DNA of 47,008 bases, taken from UHGV virus genome UHGV-1362026; one strand, written 5' to 3'. The notes under the pieces were generated by a model. The model did not search any database. It saw only the letters and a list, made by a program, of their open reading frames with translations, and was not told the DNA's origin. The stretch is from a virus. A program made the position numbers and the translations under genes. This document shows, one piece after another, positions 13,199 to 23,257 of the stretch; positions within the stretch are counted from its first letter, which is position 1, and each line of letters starts with the position of its first letter.

Positions 13199-13687
13199 TC
13201 AAAACGGAATGTCGTCGTCGAAGTCCATTGGAGGCTCATTCCCTCCTTGTTGGCTTTGTTGTTTTTGTGGATGCTGCTGTTGTGGTTTCGGTTGCTGTCC
13301 TGATTGCTGGCGCGGTTGTTGCTGACCAGAATCTTCGCGTTTACCACCAAGCATCTGCATTACGCCGCCTATCTGCGGGATGACAATCTCAGTGGTATAT
13401 CGGTCTACGCCATTGCTGTCAGACCATTTACGAGTGCGAAGCTGCCCTTCGATGTAAACCTGTGAACCTTTGCGAAGGTATTCTGCTGCAACTTCAGCAA
13501 GTTTCCCGAAGATGACAACGCGATGCCACTCTGTCTGTTCTTTCTTTTCTCCTGTCTGCTTGTCCTTCCACTGTTCAGATGTTGCAACAGAAAGATTGGC
13601 AATTGCAGAGCCTGATGCTGAATATTTAACTTCAGGGTTGTTACCTAGAGTGCCGACAATAATTACTTTGTTTACGCCGCGTGCCAT
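13199..13687 (-). CDS. single-stranded DNA-binding protein
   Basis: 162 aa; OB-fold motifs ([18 protein letters not shown] ... [37 protein letters not shown]) and acidic C-terminal tail DFDDDIPF. Confidence 0.9.
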   Translation of the reverse strand: MARGVNKVIIVGTLGNNPEVKYSASGSAIANLSVATSEQWKDKQTGEKKEQTEWHRVVIFGKLAEVAAEYLRKGSQVYIEGQLRTRKWSDSNGVDRYTTEIVIPQIGGVMQMLGGKREDSGQQQPRQQSGQQPKPQQQHPQKQQSQQGGNEPPMDFDDDIPF

Positions 13688-13690
13688 TTA

Positions 13691-14350
13691 TTAAAATCCT
13701 TCAATTGGAGTTGGTTTGTGTTCGGTTTTTTCTTCCTGCTGTTCTGGCTGTTGTGGTTGCGGTTTAGCCAGTTTTGCAGGGTTGAATGATTCGCCTGACA
13801 CCATAAATTTTGCCTTCATTTCCTGATACGCACCAACAATAACGCGAGTTGCTGCATCATCACCACGGAACGACTTGTATTCTTCTCCATAGATTGAAGC
13901 TAACTCTTCCATGCTTGCTGCGTTGCGAATCAATGCTACTGCGTCTTTTGGTGATTTGCGCGCAGCATTACCATCATCATCAGCCTGAGCAATACCAAAC
14001 ATTGCCGCGATGGAATATCTGCGTGCATACGTCATTGCTGAACCGTAACCCTGCGCGTCCTTCTTTGCTACTGGCATTGGCATAACGGATGACATGTACT
14101 CGCCAGATTCATGCATTATCGTTGTTTCAAGTTTAAGCACATCCATTGAATCACCATCAATGGCATTCTGGATGATTATAAGACCGTTAGCCTCAAGCGC
14201 TGGGCGTATTGCATCAAGAAAAGACTCAAGGTTTGCGTAATTGTTTTTCAGGTGTGGGTTTTTGGCGTTTTTCTTTGCGCCGCTACTCATCACCTTACGA
14301 GCCTCAACCAGCGCCTTAATCAGGTTAGCTTTCTGTTCTGAGAAAATCAT
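13691..14350 (-). CDS. Erf-family single-strand annealing protein
   Basis: 219 aa; YANLESFLDAIRPAL and AQGYGSAMTYARRYSIAAMFGIAQADDDG match conserved blocks of P22 Erf. Confidence 0.75.
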   Translation of the reverse strand: MIFSEQKANLIKALVEARKVMSSGAKKNAKNPHLKNNYANLESFLDAIRPALEANGLIIIQNAIDGDSMDVLKLETTIMHESGEYMSSVMPMPVAKKDAQGYGSAMTYARRYSIAAMFGIAQADDDGNAARKSPKDAVALIRNAASMEELASIYGEEYKSFRGDDAATRVIVGAYQEMKAKFMVSGESFNPAKLAKPQPQQPEQQEEKTEHKPTPIEGF

Positions 14351-14365
14351 TTAATCACCTCACTA

Positions 14366-15322
14366 TTATAAATTAAACTGCTTTTTGAACCATTCAGGCG
14401 TGTCCATTTCGATGACATGATTACCCATTGAATAACCCGGCCATGAATTGGCTTTTTTGCACGCCTTGTAAATTTCCATAGCGCCATTCAACTGAATGCG
14501 ACCGATTCGTAATTGCTCTTCAGTCAAACGAATCAAAGCAGGAATGAACGGCGCTTTCTTTTCCTGCACGAGAAGATTCACAGAGCGTGGGGCGTGACCG
14601 TATGCCGCAACAAACATATCGTGTTGCATCGCCATCTTCATAAAGTAGCCAAGTCGCGCAGCGTGACGGAAAAACTCTTCAGGCTTGGCACTAACTGCTG
14701 TTTTGTAGTCAATGATGTCGCCACCTTTTGTCAGGCAGTCAAAGCGAACTTTTGCTTTCTCTCCGTTAAGCTCACCGAGAATTGACACTTCAGCATAAGC
14801 ACCAGCAAGAAGGCTACTGTAATGGCTGTTTGCGTGGATTACAGCACGCATTTGCTGAATGGCGTCATAATCACTACCTTCCAGCATCTGCTTTCCTGCA
14901 GCAGCTTTTTCAGCATCTTCACGGATGACATCGTAAATCTTCACAGGTTCGCCAGTTGCACGAATGATTTTGATCACCTCTGCTTTCGACTTACCTGAAA
15001 GCCCCTTGATGCCACGCTCTTTTGCCCATGAGTTCATATCGGCGGTAGTTACCAGCACCGTTGGTTTTCCATCCTTGTCTTTTGGAAAATCATCTACAAC
15101 AGGCATGCGAGCATATTCCGCATCGAAACGTTCAGGTTCAAGCAGAGCCGTATGGCTGCCAGTTCCGAAGACAAGAGCTTTTGATTGTTCATCTTCTTCG
15201 TCTTTGTACCGCCATGCTGCGGGGCATCTGTCATATATGTTCCACAAACCAGAACCATTAATATGCTCTGTGTCGGCATGGTACTGCTCGTTGCTGAGTT
15301 CGTTGTTTAGGTAGACTTTCAT
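14366..15322 (-). CDS. PD-(D/E)XK family exonuclease (RecB/Cas4-like nuclease domain)
   Basis: 318 aa; motif GGDIIDYKT; sits next to the Erf and SSB genes. Confidence 0.65.
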   Translation of the reverse strand: MKVYLNNELSNEQYHADTEHINGSGLWNIYDRCPAAWRYKDEEDEQSKALVFGTGSHTALLEPERFDAEYARMPVVDDFPKDKDGKPTVLVTTADMNSWAKERGIKGLSGKSKAEVIKIIRATGEPVKIYDVIREDAEKAAAGKQMLEGSDYDAIQQMRAVIHANSHYSSLLAGAYAEVSILGELNGEKAKVRFDCLTKGGDIIDYKTAVSAKPEEFFRHAARLGYFMKMAMQHDMFVAAYGHAPRSVNLLVQEKKAPFIPALIRLTEEQLRIGRIQLNGAMEIYKACKKANSWPGYSMGNHVIEMDTPEWFKKQFNL

Positions 15323-15747
15323 TGCATCTCCTCAACATCTCGCCAGTCCATGTTAGAGTTGTTTTGTCCGTAAACACCACCGTAAAAATAATTATCTCCA
15401 GGCCAAACGATATTGCCACCATAATACCCGTTAGAATCATTGCGGTAGTCGATTATCATTTCGCCTTTATCGGTGATGATTTTAGCCCCGTAGTATTGGA
15501 CAAAATCGCAACCAGGTATATCACCAAGGTCAGGCATATCTAAATCCTGGCACTCAATTATTGTAAATGGCAGACCAAGCGCTGGCATCTCTACAGACTC
15601 AATCCATGTGTATGAGCAGCAATCAGCGTCAACCATAACAACTAATTGCTCTCCATCATCAGAGACAAAAAGCATCGCCTCTTTGTCTTCTGCAATTTTC
15701 ACTTCAATAATTTTCTTACCAATAAGTAAGTTTTCCATCTTCATCAC
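15319..15747 (-). CDS. hypothetical protein
   Basis: 142-aa ORF with AGGTG RBS in the leftward operon; no motif recognised. Confidence 0.6.
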   Translation of the reverse strand: MMKMENLLIGKKIIEVKIAEDKEAMLFVSDDGEQLVVMVDADCCSYTWIESVEMPALGLPFTIIECQDLDMPDLGDIPGCDFVQYYGAKIITDKGEMIIDYRNDSNGYYGGNIVWPGDNYFYGGVYGQNNSNMDWRDVEEMQ

Positions 15748-15776
15748 CTCACCATTTATCGTTAATTGAATCTACA

Positions 15777-16217
15777 TCAATCTACATCTGAAAGCAAGCC
15801 AAAATACGCCAACACTGCAATCTTTATCTGGTCGAGTCCACACGCCACCGCAGAGAATGCACCAGCGTTGGCGCTATCATTGAGAAACGGTATCTGTCCG
15901 GGTTGCCATTTGCTAAGCGTTGAATCATGGCGCTTCAACTCTATCGTCGCTTTATGCCACATCACTCCAGGCGTCAGGATTATCACATCAGACACCCCTG
16001 ACCTGACACCTTTCCTTGCGCGCGATGCCAGATGCTGCACTGAGTTGCTTTTGGTCTCCTGAGACGGATGGAACCACAGCACATCAGGAAACCGGTAATC
16101 CATCCACCACTTGAACGCTATCAGGTCTGAATCCTCAAGCGGGCAATCGCCGCGGTAGCTATCATCAAACACAAAAACATTATCACTCAGTTCATGCTGC
16201 TTGAATCGCTTTTTCAT
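15777..16217 (-). CDS. VRR-NUC domain nuclease
   Basis: GVRSGVSDVIILTPG...ATIELKR matches the VRR-NUC signature (G..G.PD..., ElK); ATG at 16217 with AGGAGA RBS; overlaps the helicase 3' end by 26 nt. Confidence 0.65.
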   Translation of the reverse strand: MKKRFKQHELSDNVFVFDDSYRGDCPLEDSDLIAFKWWMDYRFPDVLWFHPSQETKSNSVQHLASRARKGVRSGVSDVIILTPGVMWHKATIELKRHDSTLSKWQPGQIPFLNDSANAGAFSAVACGLDQIKIAVLAYFGLLSDVD

Positions 16218-18126
16218 TATTCTCTCCTGTAAAATCTTTTCTGTGGATGATGTCTCGGCCTTTATCATTAATGCGATGCGTGATGCGTTTTGGCGCTTTA
16301 ATCAATCCCGCATACATCATGAATTGTTTGGCGTTCTGGCATTTCAGGATTTTCCCTGCCATTGACTTATCATCAAGGTGAGGGAAGATAGCCTTTGCCT
16401 TGAACATGTTTTTCATGTGAGTTGCTCCGCCATAAGGGTAGAAAACTTCGTTAGCCCACCCCTCCTTGCCATCACAACGATTAATCCAGTAGCGATACAA
16501 AATACCTTCTCCGTCCTTCGTTAACTGAACCTTGAAATCCATAACATCAGCCCATTCGTTGTCGGTATACGCACGCTCATTCAATGCCGCATTCGGGTCG
16601 CGCAAAACGTGATCGCAATGTCGGCAATAGCGAGCTGTCGGGTCGTTTTTAGTACCACATCCATCATCAAAAATACGGATGCCATGCTTATCGAAACCAC
16701 AACGGATATAACTGAAAAACTCTTCGCAACGACCATCTGGCGACAATGCATCTTTGCCAATACAGCGGCGCGCATATGGGCTGTTCATTGTTCCGCATTT
16801 AGGACACGGAACTTGTTCACCACTTCGTTTTGAACGTTGCGCTTCAGCTTCTTCCAGAATTGGGTCTTCATATAGCTGACCAAGCTCAAACATCGTGCCT
16901 GAGAAATCAAGAACCAGATGGTCTTCTTTATGATACCCGGCGTCAATTTGCTCTTTCTTTAGCAGGCGCATTCCGCGACCAAGCAACTGAACAAGAAGAG
17001 TGAGTGACATTATTTTTCGCAATATGCAGCTCGTATCCCATAACGGTATATTTACGCCAGTGGTAAGGGCGGCTATCTGGAATGTGAATTTTTTGCGCCC
17101 GGTGTATGCATCTTTTAGAGCTTTCCTTCTGGCTTTTGACCCCATATCTTCTGTGACTATTGAATAACTTCCTTCAGGCAAATATTTTGCCGCCTCCTGA
17201 CAATGCTTCTTACCAGCACATGTAATTAGCACTCCGTTCCTGTTTTTAGTCAATTCCATAACCTTAAGCATGATTTTCTGCGTCAACGTACCTTGCTCAA
17301 GAATTTCTTTCTGCATCTGCTTGAGCTGCTCGGCGGTAAAGTCCTGAGTACCATCAACATCTGAACCATGAAAATCTGAAAGGTCATAATGCAGACTATC
17401 AACATCATGAAGACCAAAAATTGTTGGCACAAGAAAACCGTTTTCAACCATGTACTTGGTGTCTATGTTGATAATCTCTTTCTTCCAGAAAGCTCCTTTT
17501 ATTGATGTAGTTCCGCGAAACGGTGAGCCTGTATAACCTATTATTCTCAACTCATGGCCGTGCTTATCTTTGCACCTTTTCATTAGCTCATTAATTATCA
17601 CTGCATACTGCGTATCACCATCATTAACAACATCAATGTCATTAACCATATGATTTTCATCGATCAGCAGGAATCTTGGGTAAAAGTCAGAAAGCGCACC
17701 TTTTGCAATAACATTCCCTGACTCATCCTTTTTATCAAACAAAGCATTTACAACAGTACCCTCAGAACCACAGATTATTGGGTACGTAGAACTTTTCCTA
17801 CCCAACGAAGCACTGAATAGCGAGTTTCTAACACCAAGCGACCATAGTTCTTCCGCATCTTGCTCCACTATTTCGCCCTGTCTTGATAAAATCATCCCTG
17901 AATAGCCCATTTCCTGAAAACGCTTTGCTATCATGGCAATCATCAGTGACTTTCCGCTACCGACGCTTGCTGTTACATAACTCGGGCCAACATAATGACG
18001 AATCACCTCACCAGTTAACTTATATATCAACCACTGGTAGGGTCTTGGCTCGATATCACCAGTATCCAGGCAGGATTTCAGCAAGTTAATGTCAATCTTT
18101 GAAATCATTTTGTCTATTTTATGCAT
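16192..18126 (-). CDS. SF2 (DExH) DNA helicase with C-terminal zinc-ribbon
   Basis: 644 aa; Walker A VGSGKSLMIA, DExH box LIDENH, C-terminal CPKCG...CRHCDH. Confidence 0.8.
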   Translation of the reverse strand: MHKIDKMISKIDINLLKSCLDTGDIEPRPYQWLIYKLTGEVIRHYVGPSYVTASVGSGKSLMIAMIAKRFQEMGYSGMILSRQGEIVEQDAEELWSLGVRNSLFSASLGRKSSTYPIICGSEGTVVNALFDKKDESGNVIAKGALSDFYPRFLLIDENHMVNDIDVVNDGDTQYAVIINELMKRCKDKHGHELRIIGYTGSPFRGTTSIKGAFWKKEIINIDTKYMVENGFLVPTIFGLHDVDSLHYDLSDFHGSDVDGTQDFTAEQLKQMQKEILEQGTLTQKIMLKVMELTKNRNGVLITCAGKKHCQEAAKYLPEGSYSIVTEDMGSKARRKALKDAYTGRKKFTFQIAALTTGVNIPLWDTSCILRKIMSLTLLVQLLGRGMRLLKKEQIDAGYHKEDHLVLDFSGTMFELGQLYEDPILEEAEAQRSKRSGEQVPCPKCGTMNSPYARRCIGKDALSPDGRCEEFFSYIRCGFDKHGIRIFDDGCGTKNDPTARYCRHCDHVLRDPNAALNERAYTDNEWADVMDFKVQLTKDGEGILYRYWINRCDGKEGWANEVFYPYGGATHMKNMFKAKAIFPHLDDKSMAGKILKCQNAKQFMMYAGLIKAPKRITHRINDKGRDIIHRKDFTGENNEKAIQAA

Positions 18127-18716
18127 TATTTTACCCTACCAAATTCACCATTAAGAACTGATGATGCTTTTGCATACGCTTTATGTGCATCTTCAGGTGT
18201 ATTAAAATAACCAATAACTTTCTTCTTGCCTCTAACCCAAATCTGAGCAACCCATTTCTTCTCCCTTGAGAACCAGCTAACACCTTTATATCCGCTAGTG
18301 TTATTTGATGACAAACCTTTATTCCATTTGTTTTGACTGCAATCAGCCAGCCTGAGGTTTTCTATCCTGTTATCGTTCTTAATAGTATTAATATGATCTA
18401 TATCCATAAGTCCAGGGTCTTGCTGTTTGCATATAGCCCACACAATTCTATGTGCTTTATAATAAACGCCATCAATCATCACTAGCCTGTAATTCATCTT
18501 ATCAACCTTGTTATCAGCAGGCTTGCCCAGATACCGTGCATTCCATGTTTTGTGATGTGGTGTTAATTCCTCTCTCTTTTTCCAATATAGGCGTCCATTG
18601 ATGACCTCTAACCTTGATGTCACGTAATCAACATCAATCTTTAGCACCTTTCTTTTTTTCTCTAAAACTTTTGAGTCGGCATCCTGAGCAACAGAACTCA
18701 GCTCTTGCTGTTCCAT
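18126..18716 (-). CDS. HNH homing endonuclease with AP2 domain (second copy)
   Basis: IDHINTIKNDNRIENLRLADCSQN and SGYKGVSWFSREKKWVAQI...IGYF; TAATG overlap with the helicase start. Confidence 0.8.
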   Translation of the reverse strand: MEQQELSSVAQDADSKVLEKKRKVLKIDVDYVTSRLEVINGRLYWKKREELTPHHKTWNARYLGKPADNKVDKMNYRLVMIDGVYYKAHRIVWAICKQQDPGLMDIDHINTIKNDNRIENLRLADCSQNKWNKGLSSNNTSGYKGVSWFSREKKWVAQIWVRGKKKVIGYFNTPEDAHKAYAKASSVLNGEFGRVK

Positions 18717-18836
18717 AGAATTCTCTCCCGCAGTTTTTGCACTTTTTCATAGTGATCGCCATTTCTTGTCCTCGATATTAAACTCAGTTGCGTTTCAAGT
18801 CAATAACGCTTGTGCGTTTCATGCGAGTAAATTACA

Positions 18837-19823
18837 ATGATTCTACATCATCGTCAACAGGAAGATTTTGTGAGATACGACTGGAAAGACATTGAGCCAA
18901 AAATGCTTGGCAACTGGCAGGCCGCCATCATGTCTATCGTCAATGTGGATAGCAGAGTTTTCAATGGCAAGCACCAGCCATGCCCGTCATGCTCAGGAAA
19001 AGACAGGTATCGCTTTGATGATAACTTCGAAACAAAAGGCGATGGCGGAGCAATCTGCAATCAGTGCGGTTCCGGTAGCGGCATGAACTGGCTGATGAAA
19101 CTCTCCGGCATGAGCTTTCCTGAAGCACTGGAGGCGCTGGGAGGATTCCTGAACATGCACCCACGCGAAAAGCTGGAGGCAATCAGGAAGGAGTTACCGA
19201 AGATAAATTACAACGATGACTTCATCACCGAACAGGAAGTCGCCGCAATCATGGCTAAAACAACGCGTGTCGCAATGAATGAGTGGACTTTGATAAATGG
19301 TATTGGTTGCGACATTAACGTCGTCAGAGGTAAATCTGGGGAGCTTATTGCTGTTGAACTGATGCGTGCTGACACAATGAAGCCGTGCAACGTGGCATTC
19401 ATTGGCATGGATGATTATTCATTCAGAACGTTTTTCCGTGCTGGATACGACAAAGACTCAGCTATCAACGGAAAGCTCACGCGCGGAGCGATAAGCCCAA
19501 TCGGAGAAGACAACGGAAAGTTCATTTACCTGGTATCTGATTATGCCGATGCGTGGAAGTGCCATTACTTCACTGGCGCTCATGTCTGGTGCTGCTGGTC
19601 GCCGGAAAATATGTGGGAAGTGGTGCGTTCTGTTAGCGATGAGACGAAAGCACGGTTACGCTGCATAGTTAATTATAAATTTGACGAACTTTGCGCTGCG
19701 GAAAACGCAGGACTACCGGTGATGCTGCCTGATGATGCTGACACAATCAGGATGGCAAAGAGAATCAGGAGAAAAATTTATGACGCTGGCGAGTTGATAG
19801 GTAAAATGTCAGTAAGCAGATAA
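18837..19823 (+). CDS. DNA primase (T7 gp4-type zinc-binding domain plus TOPRIM region)
   Basis: CPSCSGKDRYRFDD...CNQCGSGSG resembles the Prim_Zn_ribbon motif; start uncertain (ATG 18837, GTG 18870 with AGGAAG RBS, or ATG 18903). Confidence 0.7.
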   Translation: MILHHRQQEDFVRYDWKDIEPKMLGNWQAAIMSIVNVDSRVFNGKHQPCPSCSGKDRYRFDDNFETKGDGGAICNQCGSGSGMNWLMKLSGMSFPEALEALGGFLNMHPREKLEAIRKELPKINYNDDFITEQEVAAIMAKTTRVAMNEWTLINGIGCDINVVRGKSGELIAVELMRADTMKPCNVAFIGMDDYSFRTFFRAGYDKDSAINGKLTRGAISPIGEDNGKFIYLVSDYADAWKCHYFTGAHVWCCWSPENMWEVVRSVSDETKARLRCIVNYKFDELCAAENAGLPVMLPDDADTIRMAKRIRRKIYDAGELIGKMSVSR

Positions 19824-19825
19824 AA

Positions 19826-19856
19826 GAAACCCTCCGATTGGAGGGTTTTTGTTATT
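19826..19856. terminator. bidirectional rho-independent terminator
   Basis: aaACCCTCCgattGGAGGGTttttgtt. Confidence 0.75.
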
Positions 19857-19924
19857 CATTAAACTCTGGCGCTTCAGGCCAGAAGTGCTCAGGTAAGATT
19901 TTTAGTTCGTGTGCTCTGCTTATC

Positions 19925-20122
19925 TTAAACATCATCATAACACCAATATGCAACACGCATTATTTCAACCAAATCATTTGATGATAAAAAATTATTGCCA
20001 TTATAAATTGCGTGGATTCTTTCACCATCAACAGTTAATGCCACAACATTTCGTCCTATTTGTGGTCTCCACAGATAGCAATCAAACCATTCAACATCAT
20101 ACCAATCATCTTCTGGAATCAT
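19925..20122 (-). CDS. hypothetical protein
   Basis: 65-aa ORF with ATGA overlap to the upstream 548-aa gene. Confidence 0.45.
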   Translation of the reverse strand: MIPEDDWYDVEWFDCYLWRPQIGRNVVALTVDGERIHAIYNGNNFLSSNDLVEIMRVAYWCYDDV

Positions 20123-21765
20123 TTCAACCTCGGATTAATGTGGACAGTATTACCAATAAAAACGCAGTAACCATCCTCTTCAAGTGATGGTAATACACTT
20201 GATCTGAGTCGGTCATAAATTTTAGGTATACCTTTGAATGGTCGCACGTTTTTAAGTGAATCATAAAGCCACTTCACCGTTACGTTTGTTTTTCCTTTCT
20301 GAGCGGCAGAGCGTAGCTTTTCGGCAACAACATCAAATTCAGAACGCTCGCCAGCATATCCATTTGATTCCACGGCGTCGGTGAATGTTTTTGTCAGTGC
20401 GTCATAAACACTGATAGCTCGACTAATCTCATTTTCACCGATAATCTTTGAACGCTTTCCTCCATCGCACCAGTTTTCAGCAGCGTGAAATATTGCTGCC
20501 AGACGGATTATTTGCTTATCAGCTTTACCCATCGCGCCACGAAGAAGGACGTGGTCCCACTTACCGCCTGGAAGGAAGTTTTTCTCCCACTGGTTTCGCA
20601 ACAGACCTATCATTCTTGCTGAGTCATTGTGAAGCGTCAGTTTTGTTTTTTCTGCTGACACAACATTATGTATAAATCTTGCATATTCCGACCTCAAGCT
20701 GTCTGGCATTGGCTTGCTTACAGGGCAGTCATTAACCATGTCCCAGTGTTCGCGATAGCCAAGCATTGATTGCTCGCGCAGCATCAGGAAACGTTCAGAA
20801 AGCCCGTTCCCCCTGTCGCCAGCGGCAAGAATGGCATCAATACTTTCATCCTGAGCAATCACACTTATGTTTCCAAGTACGTAACCAGATGAAACGCCAC
20901 GACCAACACGAGCGGAACCAATAAATCCACCATCCCAGCCCTTCAGGATGACTTCGGCGTTTGCCTTTCCACCTTCTTTTCCGTAAGAGAGGCCAAGGCA
21001 TGTGTTAAGAACGCTCGCCTCGTCACTTATCAGATTAAAAAAACCACCCTCATGGATTGCCTGATGCTGAACAGCCTCCGGCGTTGCGTCAGTCAGTGGA
21101 TATGTAATCGTATAAAGCTCTTCCAGCTTCTCCTTTTCGCGAGCAATATCATCGCCGATTAGTGCCTTTGCATTTTGGTTGCTTGCCTCTTTGTATGCCT
21201 TCATCAACTCTTCAATGCGAAGGTTTATTTTTATGATCTGCTTTTCCATCTTTTTGGAAAGGTTGTCATATTCAATCTTCACCGGATTCATATGCATTGA
21301 GTTAATAGCGGTTTTCCCTGCTGATGGAGGCTGAGAAGTAACCACGTAAAGAGAAACTGGAAGTTCTGAATGGTAATACTCAACGCTAAAGTTTCTCGTC
21401 ATTGCACTGGCAACGCACCCAAGTAAATGCATGAACGATGTATTTATTGGGAACTGAACAGCGCGAGCTGCAGCGATTGCATAACGAGACAGCAAATCAG
21501 TCCGGTGCTCACTGGTGAGTTCTGTTTCTGAGTAAGTTACATCACGCTCCTTACCTTCCTTGATGTCAAGCCACATGTTAGAACTTGGTGTCATGCCATG
21601 ATGGAAGGCAACGCGAGCAGGAGATACTTTTAATTCCCTTGCTTCATTGAAGATATCTTGCGCTGTGATCATCACTGAACCCTTAAAATTGTTAATTCGC
21701 ATGTGTCCCTGTTGTATTTTGTCCAGTACACAAAGTCGTTTTTCTTTGAAATCTTGGACAGGCAC
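20119..21765 (-). CDS. large replication-associated protein of unknown function (possibly primase-associated/DUF3987-like)
   Basis: 548-aa ORF (track start is GTG; ATG at 21702 has an AGGGA RBS); weak P-loop-like PSAGKT; co-transcribed leftward from the origin-like region; naming uncertain. Confidence 0.4.
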   Translation of the reverse strand: MPVQDFKEKRLCVLDKIQQGHMRINNFKGSVMITAQDIFNEARELKVSPARVAFHHGMTPSSNMWLDIKEGKERDVTYSETELTSEHRTDLLSRYAIAAARAVQFPINTSFMHLLGCVASAMTRNFSVEYYHSELPVSLYVVTSQPPSAGKTAINSMHMNPVKIEYDNLSKKMEKQIIKINLRIEELMKAYKEASNQNAKALIGDDIAREKEKLEELYTITYPLTDATPEAVQHQAIHEGGFFNLISDEASVLNTCLGLSYGKEGGKANAEVILKGWDGGFIGSARVGRGVSSGYVLGNISVIAQDESIDAILAAGDRGNGLSERFLMLREQSMLGYREHWDMVNDCPVSKPMPDSLRSEYARFIHNVVSAEKTKLTLHNDSARMIGLLRNQWEKNFLPGGKWDHVLLRGAMGKADKQIIRLAAIFHAAENWCDGGKRSKIIGENEISRAISVYDALTKTFTDAVESNGYAGERSEFDVVAEKLRSAAQKGKTNVTVKWLYDSLKNVRPFKGIPKIYDRLRSSVLPSLEEDGYCVFIGNTVHINPRLK

Positions 21766-21884
21766 ATCCTGAAAATAAGCGCCTCAATACCTATCGTCTT
21801 AAGATTTATAACCTTTTTCTCGTCAACCCTCATTCTTGAGACTATATCGCGAACTCGTTTCATATTTGACATTTTTACCGCCAA
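21672..21884 (-). CDS. hypothetical small protein
   Basis: 70-aa ORF overlapping the 5' end of the 548-aa ORF in another frame; first ORF left of the AT-rich region; may be spurious. Confidence 0.3.
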   Translation of the reverse strand: MAVKMSNMKRVRDIVSRMRVDEKKVINLKTIGIEALIFRMCLSKISKKNDFVYWTKYNRDTCELTILRVQ

Positions 21885-21984
21885 CCGTGGTTAATCATGG
21901 TGTGGAAGATTATATAAAGATATAAACGAAATAGCAACCACATCATTTCTGGTGTGGCTTAAGAGACTGAATGGTTAGCTATGG

Positions 21985-22292
21985 GTAACGTGGGTAAAGC
22001 GTGGGGCAACCAACCTTCCCCACGAAGTTTCACTCTAAGTATATGTAATATAATATAATTATTATTATTTGGGTTAATGGGTAATATTATTATTCATATT
22101 ATAGATAGTAATTAACATAATATTAACAAATGGATTATTTGAATATATTTATAAGGGGATGGGTATGAAATCTGCCCCTTTTTACCCACGAAAAATAAAA
22201 ACATCAAAATCAATAATTTACGATAAAAAACGTGGGGCAACCAACCTTCCCCACGACCTGCCCCACGGGCAAAAATTTACCCCACGAGCACG
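21985..22292. repeat. iteron-like repeat cluster flanking an AT-rich core: candidate replication origin / divergent control region
   Basis: Identical 26-mer CGTGGGGCAACCAACCTTCCCCACGA at 22000-22025 and 22231-22256 (itself a 7-bp inverted repeat). At least 8 CGTGGG/CCCACG units and several GGGTAA/GGGTTAA units. AT-rich core (~85% AT) at 22030-22160. Confidence 0.5.
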
Positions 22293-22309
22293 TTTTTAAC
22301 GAGTTGCTG

Positions 22310-22338
22310 TTGACGTAGAATCACAACTGATGTAGATT
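22310..22338 (+). promoter_or_regulatory. sigma70-type early promoter TTGACG-17-TAGATT (rightward)
   Basis: TTGACG 22310-22315, 17-nt spacer, TAGATT 22333-22338; built from two copies of the 12-mer TTGA(C/T)GTAGA(A/T)T; about 30 nt upstream of the ATG at 22370. Confidence 0.55.
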
Positions 22339-22369
22339 GAATGCATCAACAACGAATGAGGTAGTGAGG

Positions 22370-22684
22370 ATGAGCAAGCAAATAGCTGAACTTACAAGAA
22401 GTCAATGTGAGGCAATACTCAATGATGACTGGGTAATTGCTGATGATTGTGATGGAATGGTTAACTGCGAAGAAATAAAATCCATGGCACGAATGGCAAT
22501 TAAGTTCATTAATCTTAATGATAAATGTTGCAAAATTTCAGATGTGTCATATGTAGATGGGCTTAAACGTGGATTTAGCCTTGGTCAGACTAACAATCAA
22601 GATGATTTCCATGACGAGGTTGAAAGATACAGAAATGGTATCAGAGATGAAATTAAAAATATAAGGGATGGTAATAATGAGTAA
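22370..22684 (+). CDS. hypothetical early protein
   Basis: ATG at 22370 follows a GAGGTAGTGAGG RBS; 104 aa. Confidence 0.55.
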   Translation: MSKQIAELTRSQCEAILNDDWVIADDCDGMVNCEEIKSMARMAIKFINLNDKCCKISDVSYVDGLKRGFSLGQTNNQDDFHDEVERYRNGIRDEIKNIRDGNNE

Positions 22685-22876
22685 AGTCACCTACAGACGC
22701 AAAACACTGAAGCCTGAGCCTGGACTTGTAGGAACGCAGCAATGCAGCCTTTAATCTCAGCGTATGGACTCAGCAAATGACAGGCGCAGCACTCGAACTT
22801 ATCGCCAGTCTGGTTATTGTGGCGTTTATTGTCATCGCAGTGGCAGTTTCTAAATCAGGATATAAGGAGTAACAAA

Positions 22877-23035
22877 ATGAGCAACAAACCAATCCAACCA
22901 ACAGAAGAAATGATTGAAGCAGGTATTCGTGAGGTTATTGAAAACTTCGATATCGACTACCTAACTGATGATGAGCTAAGCGATGCCGTTGTGTTCATCT
23001 GGCAGGCAATGTATCAGGCGCACACGGAGAAATAA
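22877..23035 (+). CDS. hypothetical small protein
   Basis: ATG follows an AAGGAGT RBS; 52 aa. Confidence 0.5.
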   Translation: MSNKPIQPTEEMIEAGIREVIENFDIDYLTDDELSDAVVFIWQAMYQAHTEK

Positions 23036-23038
23036 CAA

Positions 23039-23221
23039 ATGGCAAAGACTATCTATCGTCGCGAAAAGCTGGAACAAGAACTTGGTCACGTTGGCGCGCA
23101 GAACTTCATGAGCAAGCAGGCACGCAATGCAATGGAATCTGTTCGCGTAAACCGCGTTGTGCGCGTGTTTAATGGTGAAGGTAAGCGAAGAGTAATGGAT
23201 GAGCTGATTATCGTGTTCTGA
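23039..23221 (+). CDS. hypothetical small protein
   Basis: 60-aa ORF tightly spaced after the previous gene. Confidence 0.5.
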   Translation: MAKTIYRREKLEQELGHVGAQNFMSKQARNAMESVRVNRVVRVFNGEGKRRVMDELIIVF

Positions 23222-23257
23222 ACACGATTCAGCAGGTTTATTTAGAATGGTGATGAC

